Assembly (NCBI GenBank): GCA_012295275.1
Contig: CM022678.1
Span: forward strand, 16,740,001 to 16,804,000
Direction: 5' to 3'
Source of the DNA: Chrysomallon squamiferum
Taxonomy: Eukaryota > Animalia > Mollusca
Length of the DNA: 64,000 nt
In this document: one piece after another, positions 1 to 22,772 of the stretch
Numbering within the stretch: position 1 is the first letter of the stretch
How the letters are laid out: the number at the start of each line of letters is the position of its first letter
Made by a program: the position numbers and the translations under genes
Notes under the pieces: model-generated
What the model was told of the DNA's origin: nothing
Database searches by the model: none
Seen by the model: only the letters and a program-made list of their open reading frames with translations

Positions 1-37
1 TCGTCATTTCAGAAATTTAAACTATCAGAAACGATAA

Positions 38-132
38 TACTACTACTACTACTATTGCTACCACATCAGCTACTACTTCTATTACTACTACTGCTGCTGC
101 TGCTACTACTACTACTACTACTACTTCTGCTG

Positions 133-168
<36 letters not shown>

Positions 169-186
169 TTACTACTAATGCTGCTG

Positions 187-218
<32 letters not shown>

Positions 219-262
219 GCAACTACTACTGCTACTACTACTACTACCACTAATAATAATAA
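38..262. repeat. (TAC/TGC)n microsatellite
   Basis: Directly visible. It accounts for the poly-V and poly-L ORFs. Confidence 0.95.
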
Positions 263-387
263 TATTAAATAAATAAATAAATAAATAAAATTGTCTGCTC
301 TAATTTCTAATTAGCTATTTGTCCGAGTACCGATTTCAGTATTTAAAAAACGTCATCATAAAACATGATGGGTTTGAAATGTGAGAT

Positions 388-700
388 AATTTCTCTGAGA
401 ATGCACACGGAAAAAGAAAAAGAGATATTTATAAAGCATAGAAAGACTGAGAATCGACAGAGATAGGGAAAGAGGGAAAGAGAGAAACGTTTATAAATAC
501 AGAAAAACTGAGAATGGTCAGTGAAAGAGAGAGATATTTAGAAAATATAGAAAGGCTGAAAATGGACAGTGAAAGAAAGAAAGTGAGAGACATTCAGAAA
601 GTATAAAAAACTGAGAATGAACTTCGAAACAAAGAAAGAGAGAGATCATTATAAAGCAGAGAAATAATGAGAAGGTGAGACAGGACAGGGAAAGTGAGAA
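388..700. repeat. Degenerate ~40-47 bp purine-rich minisatellite (gagacatttataaagcatagaaagactgagaatggac...)
   Basis: Visible tandem units. Other arrays at 4841-5450, 37176-37500 and 44262-44390. Confidence 0.75.
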
Positions 701-1777
701 ATAAAGATTGTATTAATAAAATTAATTATACATAGCTATCACTAAAACAACGGAAACAGTTTTAAATTAATACATTTGAACTGAAGAGCACACACAATAA
801 AATAATATAAAATAACAAAATAAAATTGTGATAATAATAATAATTATAGTAATAATAGTAATAATAACAAGAAGAGGAAAAAGAAGAAGAAGAAGAAGAA
901 GAAGAAGAAGAAGAAAAAGAAGAAGAAGAATAGAGGACGATTATTTTTCTAATTTGCTCTGTGGTGTCAGACTGATTTTTTTAATTATTATATTTTAATT
1001 AAATATATTATTCTTATTTTTATGTTTTTGGTTCCAGAAATGTTCTAATATGTAAATAATTATAAAAAAAAAAAAAAAAAAAAACTATGTAAATAATTTT
1101 CAATAATAAAATCTTAATATATTTTTGTTTATGTAACATCCCATGCATGCATCTATGTATGTCTGTATGTATACAAATAAACACAGTTTCTGTAACAAGC
1201 TGAAAAATTGTCACTTTCACTGTATGATGTGACACAATAGTGACATAACACTATTCATTTTGTAAGTATGTACCTAAGGTTTGAAGTGACAAGAACCAGA
1301 TGTCCATAAAGTAACTTGCAGACGGCTATGAGACTTTGACAAGACTTCTAGTGTTGTGACAAAACAGAATCACGTACGTTGCATATACAAGTTATAACAG
1401 TTTAAATGACAGTCCATTATTCATTTCTCACCATATAGTGACTGATTTGTTATGGTAGAAAAAAAAATATCTCATCAATATGATGTCTCTTTCGGAGTAT
1501 GTATATATTTCGTATCTGCCGCCCACCGAGAAAGAAATACAGATATGTACAAACACAGACTGAGGAACAGAAACAGACACTGACAGGAACGTGAAATAAA
1601 TAAATAATAAAATATATGAAATAATAATAATAAAAAAAAAAAAAATGGAAAACAAATGGAAAAATGTGAGGTTGATATTTTGCCCCCAAGACCTGTCAAG
1701 GGCAATTTACGCAGTTTGTTACGAAACGCACAGTCAAGATTTGAACTCCCAACACTGCGTGCCGTAACACACCACGC

Positions 1778-3763
1778 TTTTTTTTTTTTTTTTTTTTTTT
1801 TGGAAATCTAGCACTTTATTTCTGATTATACAAGTTTAGTAATTTACACAGAAACATAAACATACACTCCATCCCATTCACCCACACCACCCTCCCAAAC
1901 CCCAAATACAGTAAAATAATTATACCCAGAAAACATCAGAATAAATAAACAAATAATAATAATAATAATAAGAAGAAATAAGTAACACGGCACTTCTAGA
2001 AAATCTGCAAAAACTAAGAAAAATGAAAAGTAAAAATATAAAATTAAACAATATTGTTTTAATCACATTACAGTTTCACTGACACACACACACACACACA
2101 TCTATATTTTTATTTTACTTTACTTTATTAATCCTGTTAATACTCTACGTGCAACATACAGATTGTTGTTGGCTAAGCAAACACGATTTAGCTAATTGGT
2201 GTGCAGAATACATCTTTGTTAAAAATGGCAAAATAAACACCATATTATTGTAGTTTTGATGCTACCCTACTAAATAAAATGCTATACTGACAAAATTCAG
2301 CCAAAGTAAAATTTTAAACAATACTTTGCTTAATATCTAAATAATTCTGAAAAAATATCTTCTTTTCCTATTTCTTTTCTTTAAAAAAAGAAAAAGAAAT
2401 TCAGCAAATGAATTAAGTTTACTTTGCTTGAAATTACTTTTAATGTTAACAATAAATGTTTGTCTAAAATGTAAGTCTGTGTAAAAAGTCTTACAAAAAT
2501 TTATGATATATATAAAACATTTTAAGAATTTTAGATTCATTGTTTGGAGAGTTTTTTTTATAGATATCAATCTCTGGTTAAATCTATATTGGTCAAAATG
2601 GCCGACATTTCCTTTGCTAGGTTTTTAGTAGATGCACACAGGACTCTTCGATTCATTAGGTCAAAATTACCACCTGATGGATCTACAACAACACCACCAG
2701 CTTCTTCAACAATAATCTGCCCCGCTGCGATGTCCCAGCAGTGAATTCCATACTCGACGTAGGCCTCGGAGCACCCACTGGCCACTTTGCACATGTTAAT
2801 TGCTGCTGATCCATAGGCCCGGATACCATGTGACTTGGTAATAATAGCTTCCATGTTCTTCATCTTAGTTTTAAGAACAGCAGGATCTCTAGAATTTCCA
2901 CCTTCAGTAATAACAACAGCATCTTTCAGATTTTCTATCTTATGGACGTTAATTTTCTCCCCGTTACAGAACGCTCCCTTGCCTTGTTTTGCTGTGTACA
3001 TTTTCTCCAGGGCAGGCAGATAAATTATTCCTATTACAACCTTTTTGTTCACAGCAATGGCAAGAGAAAATGAAACTTCAGGAATGCGATGAACAAAGTT
3101 TGCTGTTCCGTCGATGGGATCCACTATCCATGTTGGATCATCTGTGTATTTACACTGTTCACCTTCCAAGGCTGACTCCTCTCCAATAAACTTGTGAGAT
3201 GGATATTTGTTTTGGATGAATTCCATCACCATTTTTTCCACTGCTCTATCTGTTTCTGTTACCAGGTCAGCATAACTAATTTTAGTGTCAACTGTTTTCT
3301 CCTTATCCAGCCCATCTCGTATCATAACGCCTGCTTTTCTGGCTATGTTGATTCCTGCATCACACCATTCATTTATTTGGTCATCTGTTACACTCCTAGA
3401 CATATTTATTGAGACAGAAGCTAAAAGGTATGAATATGGGGCACGAGACCATTTTTTTTATTACTTAATAATGCGAAAACGGATTTAATGCTGAAATAGC
3501 AGAAACGATAAAGTTAAACTATTTATTTATTTTTTAACATAAATTAGCTGAACGACAATTACTTCTAAGAACACAACTAGTTACGTAATCACAATGCTGA
3601 CTCTTTATGTAATCGTTTTAAGACTTCTTCATTGTTTATAGGCTAATTAGCAAGTGCAGGTGTGATACCCTATAACAGGTACCATAACAAGAAAAGAAAC
3701 AAATAGAGAAGTTGCTGGTTCTTTATCAGGTAAAAATCTAAGTTTTTCTGCACGCAGGTCATC
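1778..3763 (-). mobile_element. Processed (retrotransposed) IMPA mRNA insert
   Basis: 24-nt T run at 1778-1801 is the poly-A tail on the minus strand. AATAAA (tttatt, 1815-1820) lies just inside it. Direct repeat AACACACCACGC(T) at 1766-1777 and 3764-3775 is the TSD. The empty site is seen at 6241-6262. Confidence 0.9.
2567..3403 (-). CDS. IMPA1: Inositol monophosphatase (IMPA1-like), intronless retrogene, 278 aa
   Basis: Uninterrupted ORF with the IMPase motifs DLVTETD, FIGEE, WIVDPIDGT, GIRAYGSAA and HCWDIAAG. Length and C-terminus resemble animal IMPA. Confidence 0.93.
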   Translation of the reverse strand: MSRSVTDDQINEWCDAGINIARKAGVMIRDGLDKEKTVDTKISYADLVTETDRAVEKMVMEFIQNKYPSHKFIGEESALEGEQCKYTDDPTWIVDPIDGTANFVHRIPEVSFSLAIAVNKKVVIGIIYLPALEKMYTAKQGKGAFCNGEKINVHKIENLKDAVVITEGGNSRDPAVLKTKMKNMEAIITKSHGIRAYGSAAINMCKVASGCSEAYVEYGIHCWDIAAGQIIVEEAGGVVVDPSGGNFDLMNRRVLCASTKNLAKEMSAILTNIDLTRD

Positions 3764-4130
3764 AACACACCACGCTCACCGCTCTGCCAAATCTCGATGG
3801 CAACAACACCTTCTGATTTAAGCTATACAACCCGCATTCAAACTGAACTGATTAAGCTGTATAGGTAAAATAAATTAAAATTACGAGCAAAAAGTATACT
3901 GTCTTGATATAGAAACCTACACACAGATATAAAAACTAAAAAGAAAGTAAATTTTGATAGTGATAAATAATTAAAAATGTGTTCTATATTTATAACGAAA
4001 GTGGGTCAGTTGAAACACGGGATTTCCCTTTTTTACTTCTTCCTTTGTGCGAGTCGAATTCGCTTAGCATTCCGACAAACACCCCAAGTGTGACATGGAT
4101 AGCTTATCCGACTGACTAAAATAACACACT

Positions 4131-4171
<41 letters not shown>

Positions 4172-4300
4172 GTAAACACACACACATTCACACACACCAT
4201 TCACAATTTCCAGTCAATTGTTAATTCAAATAGGAATATAAATAACGATATATAGACACCTCCACATACACATAACAATAAGAAAATAAATATGGCACTC

Positions 4301-4378
<78 letters not shown>

Positions 4379-4773
4379 AATAATAACAACGATAGTACTA
4401 CAACAACAACAACAATGTACTGACGGTGGTCTGTTTATTGTAAAATTCATTATCACTTTTGATAATTATTTGATGAACAGGAACCAAAACTTTAAGTAAA
4501 ACTATCTCAACAGTGAATTGTAGGTTATGTCCCTTACATCATATACACGTACGTGAAAACTAAAATAATCATAATAATAAAAAATATACATTAAAAATCA
4601 GTGTTCGTGTTTACACACATTTACCAGAAACGATGATACTACTACTACTATTACCATCACATCTTCTACTACTACTGCCGCTGCTGCTGCTACTACTACT
4701 ACTACTACTACTACAACTAATAATAATAATAGTAATAGTAACATTTATAATAGTAACGAAAATAAAAAAGTAA

Positions 4774-4840
<67 letters not shown>

Positions 4841-4846
<6 letters not shown>

Positions 4847-5198
4847 TGTCCCTGAGAATGGACAGCGAAACAGAGAAAGAGAGAGACATTTATAAAGGAC
4901 AGAAAGACTGAGAATGGATAGAGAGAAAGAACGAGACGTTTTTAAAGAAGATACAGACTGAGAATGGATAGAGAGAAAGAGAAAGAGAGAGACATTTATA
5001 AAGCACGGAACGTGAGAACGAACAGGGAAAGAGAGACATTTATAAAGTATAGAAAGACTGAGAATGGATAGAGAGAAAGAGAAAGAGAGAGACATTTATA
5101 AAGCACGGAAAGACTGAGAATGGACTGGGAAAGAGAGAAAGAGAGACATTTATAAAGCAAAAAAGACTGAGAATTAACTGAGAGAGAGAGGTAGACAT

Positions 5199-5294
<96 letters not shown>

Positions 5295-5450
5295 TTAAAA
5301 ACTGAGAATGAACTTCGAAAGAGAGAAAGAAAGAGATCATTATAAAGCAGAGAAGGACTGAGAATTGAGAGTTAAGGAGAGAGAGAGAGACATTTATAAA
5401 GCATAGAAATAATGAGAATGTGACAATGGACAGGGAAAGTCAGAAAGAAA
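4841..5450. repeat. Same minisatellite, longer array with an embedded (GA)n
   Basis: Tandem gacatttataaag...gactgagaatgga units. Confidence 0.75.
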
Positions 5451-6139
5451 GATTGATGAGAACAGTAAATTTTGTTGTCATCATCTCCTGGGATATTTTC
5501 ATTCATCACATTATCACATACACGTAATCGTTGATAACATTAATTATACATAGCTATCACTAAGACAACGGAAACACTTTTTCATTAATACATTTGAACT
5601 GAAGAGCACACACAATAAAATAATATAAAATAACAAAATAAAATAGTGATAATAATAATAATTATAGTAATAATAGTACGATGTAACACAATTAGTGACA
5701 TAACACTATTCATTTTGTACTGGCGTCCCTAAGGTTTGAAGTTACAAGGACCAGATGTCCATAAAGTAACTTGCAGATGGCTAAGAGACTTTGACAAGAC
5801 TTCTAGTGTTGCGACAAGACAGAATCAGGTACGTTGCATGTGACATATACAAGTTATAACAGTTTAAACGACAGTCCATTATTTATTTCTCAGCATAGAG
5901 TGACTGGTTTGCTATGGTTGAAGAAAATATCTCATCAGTATGATATCTGTCTCGGTGTATGTATATATTTGTTATCTGTCGCCCACCGAGAAAGAAATAC
6001 AGAGATGTGCAAAGACAGACTGAGGATCATAAAGAGACAGCAACAGAAAGGTGAAATAAATAAATGAAATATATATAAAATAATAATAAAAAATAAATAA
6101 ATATATAAATTAAAATAATAAACATAAAAAAAAATAAAA

Positions 6140-6272
6140 AGTTGGGGTTGAAATGTTGACCCAAGATCTGTCAAGGGCAATTTACGTAGCTTGTAACGAC
6201 CGCACAGTCAGGATTTGAACTCCCCACAGTACGAGCCGTGACTCACCACGCTCACCACTCTGCCAAATCTCG
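6140..6272 (-). repeat. tRNA-derived SINE-like element, uninterrupted copy
   Basis: Minus strand has A box TGGCAGAGTGGT (6254-6265), B box GTTCAAATCC (6211-6220), a tgcccttg...caacatttcaacccc body and then a T run. Four paralogous copies occur in the window. Confidence 0.7.
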
Positions 6273-6489
6273 ACGACAACGCTAAGTTCTAATTTAAGCT
6301 ATACAACCCGCATTCAAACTCAACTGATTAAGCTATATATGTAAAATAAATTAAAATTGCAGACAAAAAATATATTGTCTTGATATAGAAACCTACACAC
6401 ACATACAAAAAGTAAAAAGTTAATAAATTTCAAAATTAATTATAAAAATGTTATTCTACGTTTATAATTAAAATGCGTCAGTGGAAAGA

Positions 6490-6500
6490 GGGGATTTCCC
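6490..6500. promoter_or_regulatory. Consensus NF-kB/Rel site GGGGATTTCCC
   Basis: Matches the kB consensus. Retained in paralogs at 4019-4028 (GGGATTTCCC) and 45206-45216 (GGGAATTTCCC). Confidence 0.4.
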
Positions 6501-6598
6501 TTTTTTACTTGTTTCGTTTGTGTGAGTCGAAGTAGCTGAACATTCCGAGAAACACCTCAAGTGTCACATGGATAGTTTATACGATTGATTAAAATAAG

Positions 6599-6730
<132 letters not shown>

Positions 6731-7982
6731 AGAGGTAGCACGAAGTTTCACAGACGAGCTGTTACTGGGTTGGATGGCGCGGAAGAGGATAGATCCAGTG
6801 AACCCAGAGACGAATTTAAAAATGTTTAGGGTAAATAAAACATGTTGGACAGTACTACTCTTCTTTCTGCTGTAGCTATTACTATTGCTACTACGACTAC
6901 GACTACTACGAATATCACACAACAATAACGTATCAATAGGGGTGTACTTTCTAAAACGTTTCCTATCATTATAATAATCACATACTACTACTACTGTTAC
7001 TACTATTACTACTATTAGTACTACTACTGCTACTACTACAACTAATATCAATGCTGCAACAATAATGATGTACTGACACGTGTTAAGTTACTAAACGTTT
7101 ATTATTACTTACCATATTCTATTCCTACTATTAGTACTAGTACATTTATTATTGTGTTTATATGTGTATATATATTTTTGTGTGTATGTATATGTGTTTA
7201 TAGGTGTATATATATTGGTGCATATATGTATCGTCATTTGTGTGTGTGTGTGTGTTTGTGCACGCATAATTTTTGACATTCCTTCAGCAGAGAACAGTCC
7301 AGTAAAATACGTCCTTTCTGAGCATATAACACATACAATTAATATAGCAGAAACACATGGTACCCAGACATTGTACTGATAACAGAAATCTTAATATACA
7401 GAGACAGATATACATGTTTTATTTTACTTCACTTTAATTTAATTTATATTGATTTAATTTCCATTTATTTCATTTCATTTTAATTCGATTATTTAAATTC
7501 ATTCAATTTGTCTTCATTTATTTATTTACTTTTTTTGTTTTGTTTTATTGCATTTTACTTTATATTATTTTATTTTCTACTATTTTATTTTATTTTTTCT
7601 TTATTTTATTTTTTTATTTTGTTTAATTAAATTTATTTTAATCTTATTTCAAATCAGTTTATTTCACTTTATTTTAATAAGGAACAAAAATTATTAAAAC
7701 AACAAAAAACCCAATAACATTACAAAATAACTTAAATGGGATTTGTACATTTCTATTATATACAAATATAAATGAATGTTTAGTCGGTTGCATTATTTAC
7801 TGTTAATGTGTTTTATACATCGGCAGCTGATTTAAACACTCACATTTGTGTTGATTGTTTGAGTTGTTAAAGGAAAAGTTAAAACTTGTAACATTTAAAA
7901 CGGCGTGTTTTACTTCTTTTCATACAAAAAAGTGATATTCTTTTCACTGTATCACTTTTGGAAACAGATAATAATAAAACAA

Positions 7983-8039
<57 letters not shown>

Positions 8040-8126
8040 CATAATAATAAAAATAATAATGATAATGATAATAATAAATTAATTAATTAATTAATCAGTG
8101 CGTGTACATTCTTAAGTACATGCAAA

Positions 8127-8263
8127 GGAAGTATTTCCAGTGTAGTATGATCTCTGTTCTAAATATAGACATGCTTCATTGGAAAATATAAGAAAATGTT
8201 TATTTTTATTCTATTACACACAAGGAAACTGAAACTGCAAGTAGGACAGAAGCCGCTATAAAA
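8127..8263 (+). promoter_or_regulatory. Promoter cassette 1a: GGAAGTATTTCC, ISRE-like GGAAACTGAAACT (8224-8236), TATAAAA (8257-8263)
   Basis: Motif order is conserved ~220-240 bp upstream of each signal-peptide ATG. Confidence 0.65.
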
Positions 8264-8457
8264 GAAAGCACATTCTAGTATTCTTAGAAAACAAATAAGT
8301 ATTTTTCGTTTCTTTCTTTTGCGTCTGAATTATTTAACATGTTAAGATAGTGTGTTACCTGTAGAAGAACTGACACAGGAAACTCGAATACCTTTTCGCT
8401 ACCGGGTTTACAAGAACATTGAAATTCCCGATTCACGCGACGGAAGCTGAATTAAAA

Positions 8458-8500
8458 ATGTTCCCGATGATAATTCTGCTGTTTGTTTTATCTCAGACAG
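8458..8500 (+). CDS. Alternative first exon (signal peptide MFPMIILLFVLSQT-) of receptor PTP copy 1
   Basis: aaaaATG start, 43 nt, hydrophobic peptide, and a G|gtaagt phase-1 donor compatible with exon 2 at 15325. Confidence 0.65.
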
Positions 8501-9840
8501 GTAAGTGTGTTTGACTAGTTTAAATATGTATTTGAATCTGTGTGCTGCCTTTGTGTCTGAAGTTTGTATGTGCGTATACGTTTGCGTGTCTTTTTTGTCT
8601 TAAATATCTGAGTAACATTTAAATGTTTACGCCACATAAAATAGCCTAATTGTTTCGTTTCTTGTTAAAAATAACCAGACAATCTAATGAGAGGACAGGA
8701 AAACACAGGATTCAGAAAATTAAATTGTAATCGTAGTAGTTAAATATAAGTAAATGAAATATAATTCTACATCGCACACAATTTATAATATCTATATATC
8801 TATTTATGTAGCTATCTATCTATGTATCTATCCCTCGATTTATCTAGCTATCTGTCTATGTATCTATCCATCTTTCTATCTAGCTATCTATCTACATATA
8901 TGAAGCATGTTTCAAATTCACCTGCGCCGAAATACGTACGTCTCATGAAGAAAAAAACAATTATCGGCTCATGAGAGACTTTGTTATAAAAACACAGCCG
9001 TAGAATTTATTTCCAGTGATTTGTGTTCCTAAGTTAAACAATTTGTCTTTATTATTTTTATTTCTAATAATAAAATCTTGTATTTATGTGTATATATATA
9101 TATATATATTGCATATATAATATTATCCAAAATGCCGGTATTAATAATCTTTCATACTGTATTGGAAAAACTTTCGTAAAGTTTCCCTCCGTATTTTAAA
9201 GTAACAGATTCTTTTCATAGCTGTATCATTAGAAAGAGCACTTCTTTATATATATATATATATATATATACAGTGAAATTGAATCTTAAAGCAACTTCAC
9301 GTCCAAACACTCTGAGAGATATCTGAGCAGAGCGTGTTTTCTGCCGAACCACTTGATATGTCGCGGCCATGAAGCCGATGTACCAGCCTAAAAACATTCC
9401 CCCGCACCCAAAATTTATCACTAAATAGAATTTAAAGAATACAATCATAAAATGTAGTTGATTTATGCAAACTGTATGCTCCTTAATTGCAATGAATGTT
9501 GCGTTATGCATAGTGATTCAGGATTCGTTAGTTACCAGATTTTAAAATACAGATGCTTTTGAGCACTCAGGATAAAATTTACATTTTATTATCTACATAA
9601 AGGGGAAATTTGGTCATTTGTACGATAATCCTTCCTAAATCCTGCTTGAATTGCAAATAGCATATCATTTCAAGGTACAACTTTAATCTCTTGTTTAACA
9701 CAGAAGAAAAAATAGATATAATAGGTCTATAATTTTCACCCTCTCCTGCCAATTTAATCTTAATGAAGAACACTGAGTACAGTTTAAAAATATCTAGGCG
9801 AGGTTTTTATACCGGGTTTCATGACCTGATCATGAGTGAA

Positions 9841-10235
9841 GGAAAATATTTCCGGCGTTACACGACTTATATTGTAAATATAGATATGTGTCATTGTTAA
9901 AATACGAAAAACATGCTTATTTTTAAATACGATCTATTCCCCATGTCCTACAAGGAAACTGAAGCTATAAATATCGGCCGAAGCGAGTATAAACAATATT
10001 CTTTGTAGTATTTTTGCAAAAGTTTAAGTATTTTTTGATATTTTTATTTTTCTTCGTCTAAAGTATTTAACATGTTAAGATAATGTGTTAGGTACAGAAG
10101 ATCAAATACTGAAACTTGATTAACTTTCTCGATGACGAATTCAGAAGAACATTGAGATTTCTGTTTCACGCAGACGGAATCTTAGTTAAAAATGTCCCGG
10201 TAGTAATTCTTCTGTTTGTTTTATACGGGGACAGG
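9841..10235 (+). pseudogene. Degenerate promoter/first-exon cassette 1b
   Basis: ISRE variant GGAAACTGAAGCT at 9954-9966. ATG at 10192 reads ATG TCC CGG TAG (1-nt deletion), and the GT donor is lost. Confidence 0.6.
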
Positions 10236-10556
10236 GAAACATAATGTTAAAACAATTAAATTGTAAGCTTGGTAGTTCTGTATAAATAAATGAAATATAA
10301 TTCTACATCCCACACAATATAAAATTTAAAAAAATATATAATAGTTTACACATAGACTCGGCTGGGAAATATACGTACATCTGATTATGATATGTTTGGT
10401 ATAAAAACTACATGCAGCAGTACAGTTTATTTCCCGTTCTTAGAGTTCCTAAATTAAATTATTTAGATTTCTTCTGCAGACTTTTACTTTTTTATATAAT
10501 TAATTACCTTTTTGTTGTGTTTTTCATTTCGTTCTTTTAAATATTGTATATGTACT

Positions 10557-10606
<50 letters not shown>

Positions 10607-12510
10607 TATATATACATATACATATTGAATATATAAGATAACCCAAACAGCCTATATTAGTAGTCTGTCATACACTATTGAAAAACTTTCATGAAGTTTC
10701 TTGACTGTTTCCTAGAACAGATTCTTTTGTTAGTTATATCATTAGAAACGGCAATATTTTATATGTAGTAAAAAGAGTGTGAAATTGAAGATTAAAGCGA
10801 TTATTCATCCAAACACTGTGTAGTAGTTTGCAGCTATATTACTTTTTGTTAATTACAATCAAAGTCGCGTTAAGCATAACAAATCGCCAACTATGAACTT
10901 AATTTTATGGTAAGTGAACAAGTCAGTTATCGAGATCATTGCAGATTTTAGAATACATATTTACTGTGTACACCGCAAAAAAAATTGCATTCGTCTCCAC
11001 ATGTGTAAACTTAGTCGTTTTAACAATAGTCCAACCTAAATGCTGCTTGAATTTCAAGTAGTGTATCAAATGCATTTTTAATCTATTCTGATACACAATA
11101 GTAAAAATATAATTTTCCTCAACGCCTTTAAATTAAATCTTAATTAACAACAGTGAGCACAGTATAAAAAATATCAGGGAGCTGTCTTTGTTTCCGTATC
11201 TGTGATGTTATTACATGTAGGACTTATCCTTTTGCTCATAAGCAGAGGTCATTAACCTTGTCGTTAGGGATATGAGTACGCATTTGACTACTGTGGGCGG
11301 TTTGCCCTTTTGGGTAGATCGTTTGACACCCGTAACTTTCATGTGGTGGTGTTTGTGTTTGCATGCTTGTTGTGTGTTTTTATGTGTGTGTATGCGAGTT
11401 TGTGTGTCTGTGTGCCTTTTTATGTGTATTTATATTTTTGTATGTATGTATAATAGTGTTTATATGTGTATATGTATTTGTTTGTGTGTGTGTCGTCATT
11501 CGTGTGTGTGTGTGTGTGTGTGTGCATGCACGCATAATTTTTGACATTGCATAAGAAAAAATGATATAGTAGAAATACATGATAACCAGACATTGTGCTA
11601 ATAAATGAAATCTTAATACACAGAGATAGATATACATGCTTGAATTTAATTTAATTTAATTTAATTTATATCTATTTAATTTCCATTTATTTCATTTTAT
11701 TTTAATTCGATTATTTAACTTCATTTCATTTGTCATCATTTATTTATTTTATTGTATTTTAGTTTATTTATTGTGTTTTGTTTTTATTCTTTTTATTTTA
11801 TTCTATTTTATTTTATTTGTTTTATTTTGTTTAATTAAATTTATTTTAATTAATTTATTGAATTATTCTAATTTCCAAAATATACGTTTAAAAATTATCC
11901 ATTTAAAGTAATTATGCAGTAATAATAAATTAATTTTAATTTAAGTTTATTACAAATCCGTTTCATTTTGTTTTAATAAGGAATAAAATTATTAAATAAA
12001 GTAACTATTTAATAAAAGGAAAAGAAAACACACATAGCATTCCCAAATAAATTAAATAGCATTTGTACATTTCTATTATATACAAATATAAATGAATTGT
12101 TTCAGGAGCTCTGGTCGAGATAGACAATCTAGATTTTTGGTGTAAATATACTGAGGTAATTATTTAGATTTATTAAAACAAATTAGATTTAAGAAGAATG
12201 TACTTGTCTTAGGTGGTAATGGGGTTATATGAGTATCATAAGTATTTTCTGTCCTGTCCGCCCAACAATGCCGGATACACAGCGATAGGTAGGTGAACAT
12301 TTTCAACTTGCTAAGTCAGTTGCCTTATTTACTGTCAGTGTGTTTTATACATCGACAGCTGGTTTAAACACTCACATTTATGTTTATTGTTTAAGCTATT
12401 AAAGGAAAAGTTAAAACCTGTTTCATTTAAAACGGCGTGTTTTACTTCCTTTCATACATCAAAGCGATATTCTTTTCACTGTAAAACTTTTGTAAATTAA
12501 TGCGAAATAA

Positions 12511-12541
<31 letters not shown>

Positions 12542-12705
12542 TAGGAAAATATTAAATATTTTGTTCCTCCCTTGCTATGTGCGTGTGGCCCTATACCTAC
12601 ATACATACATGTACATATATGTGTATGTATCTATGTATACATGTGTGTATGTATCTATACATGTAGGTATAAATCAGTGCGTGTACATTCGTAAGTACAT
12701 ACAAA

Positions 12706-12842
12706 GGGAAGTATTTCCAGTGTAGTATGATGTCTACTCTAAACACAGACATGCGTCATTGCAAAATATGAGAAAATGTTTATTTTTGTTCCATGACTTA
12801 CAAGGAAACTGAAACTGCAAGTAGGACAGAAGCCATTATAAA
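12706..12842 (+). promoter_or_regulatory. Promoter cassette 1c: GGGAAGTATTTCC, ISRE-like motif 12804-12816, TATAAA 12837-12842
   Basis: Same motif series as cassette 1a. Confidence 0.65.
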
Positions 12843-13033
12843 CGATAACACATTCTAGTTTTCTTTCAAAAATATATGTATTTTCCCTTTCTTTCTTCTT
12901 CGTCTAAAGTATATGTTAAGATAGTGTGTTACGAATAGAAGAACACATACTGGGAACTCGAATAACTTTCTCGCTGACGAATTTACTAGAACATTGAGAT
13001 ATACGATTATCTCGGACGGAACTTGAATTAAAA

Positions 13034-22772
<9,739 letters not shown>

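Larger units (their letters stand above)
1662..3797 (-). repeat. tRNA-derived SINE-like element split by the IMPA retrocopy
   Basis: The B-box half (1662-1777) and A-box half (3764-3797) match 6140-6272. Confidence 0.65.

Noticed and set aside
17-276. Poly-V/poly-L ORFs, and the many SLSL, CVCV, YIYI and poly-N/I ORFs across the window
   Set aside because: They are translations of microsatellites.
2567-3403. Horizontally acquired bacterial suhB
   Set aside because: Poly-A tail, AATAAA, TSD and an animal-like sequence indicate retroposition of a host mRNA.
4841-5450. CRISPR-like periodic array
   Set aside because: The units are degenerate tandem repeats without unique spacers, in a eukaryotic context with no cas genes.
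6200-6272. Functional tRNA gene
   Set aside because: It has A and B boxes, but I could not form a convincing acceptor stem or cloverleaf, and it continues into a SINE-like body.
11272-11544. 90-aa Cys-rich ORF repeated at 49883-50155
   Set aside because: Cys/Val come from (TG)-rich sequence, and there is no domain pattern.
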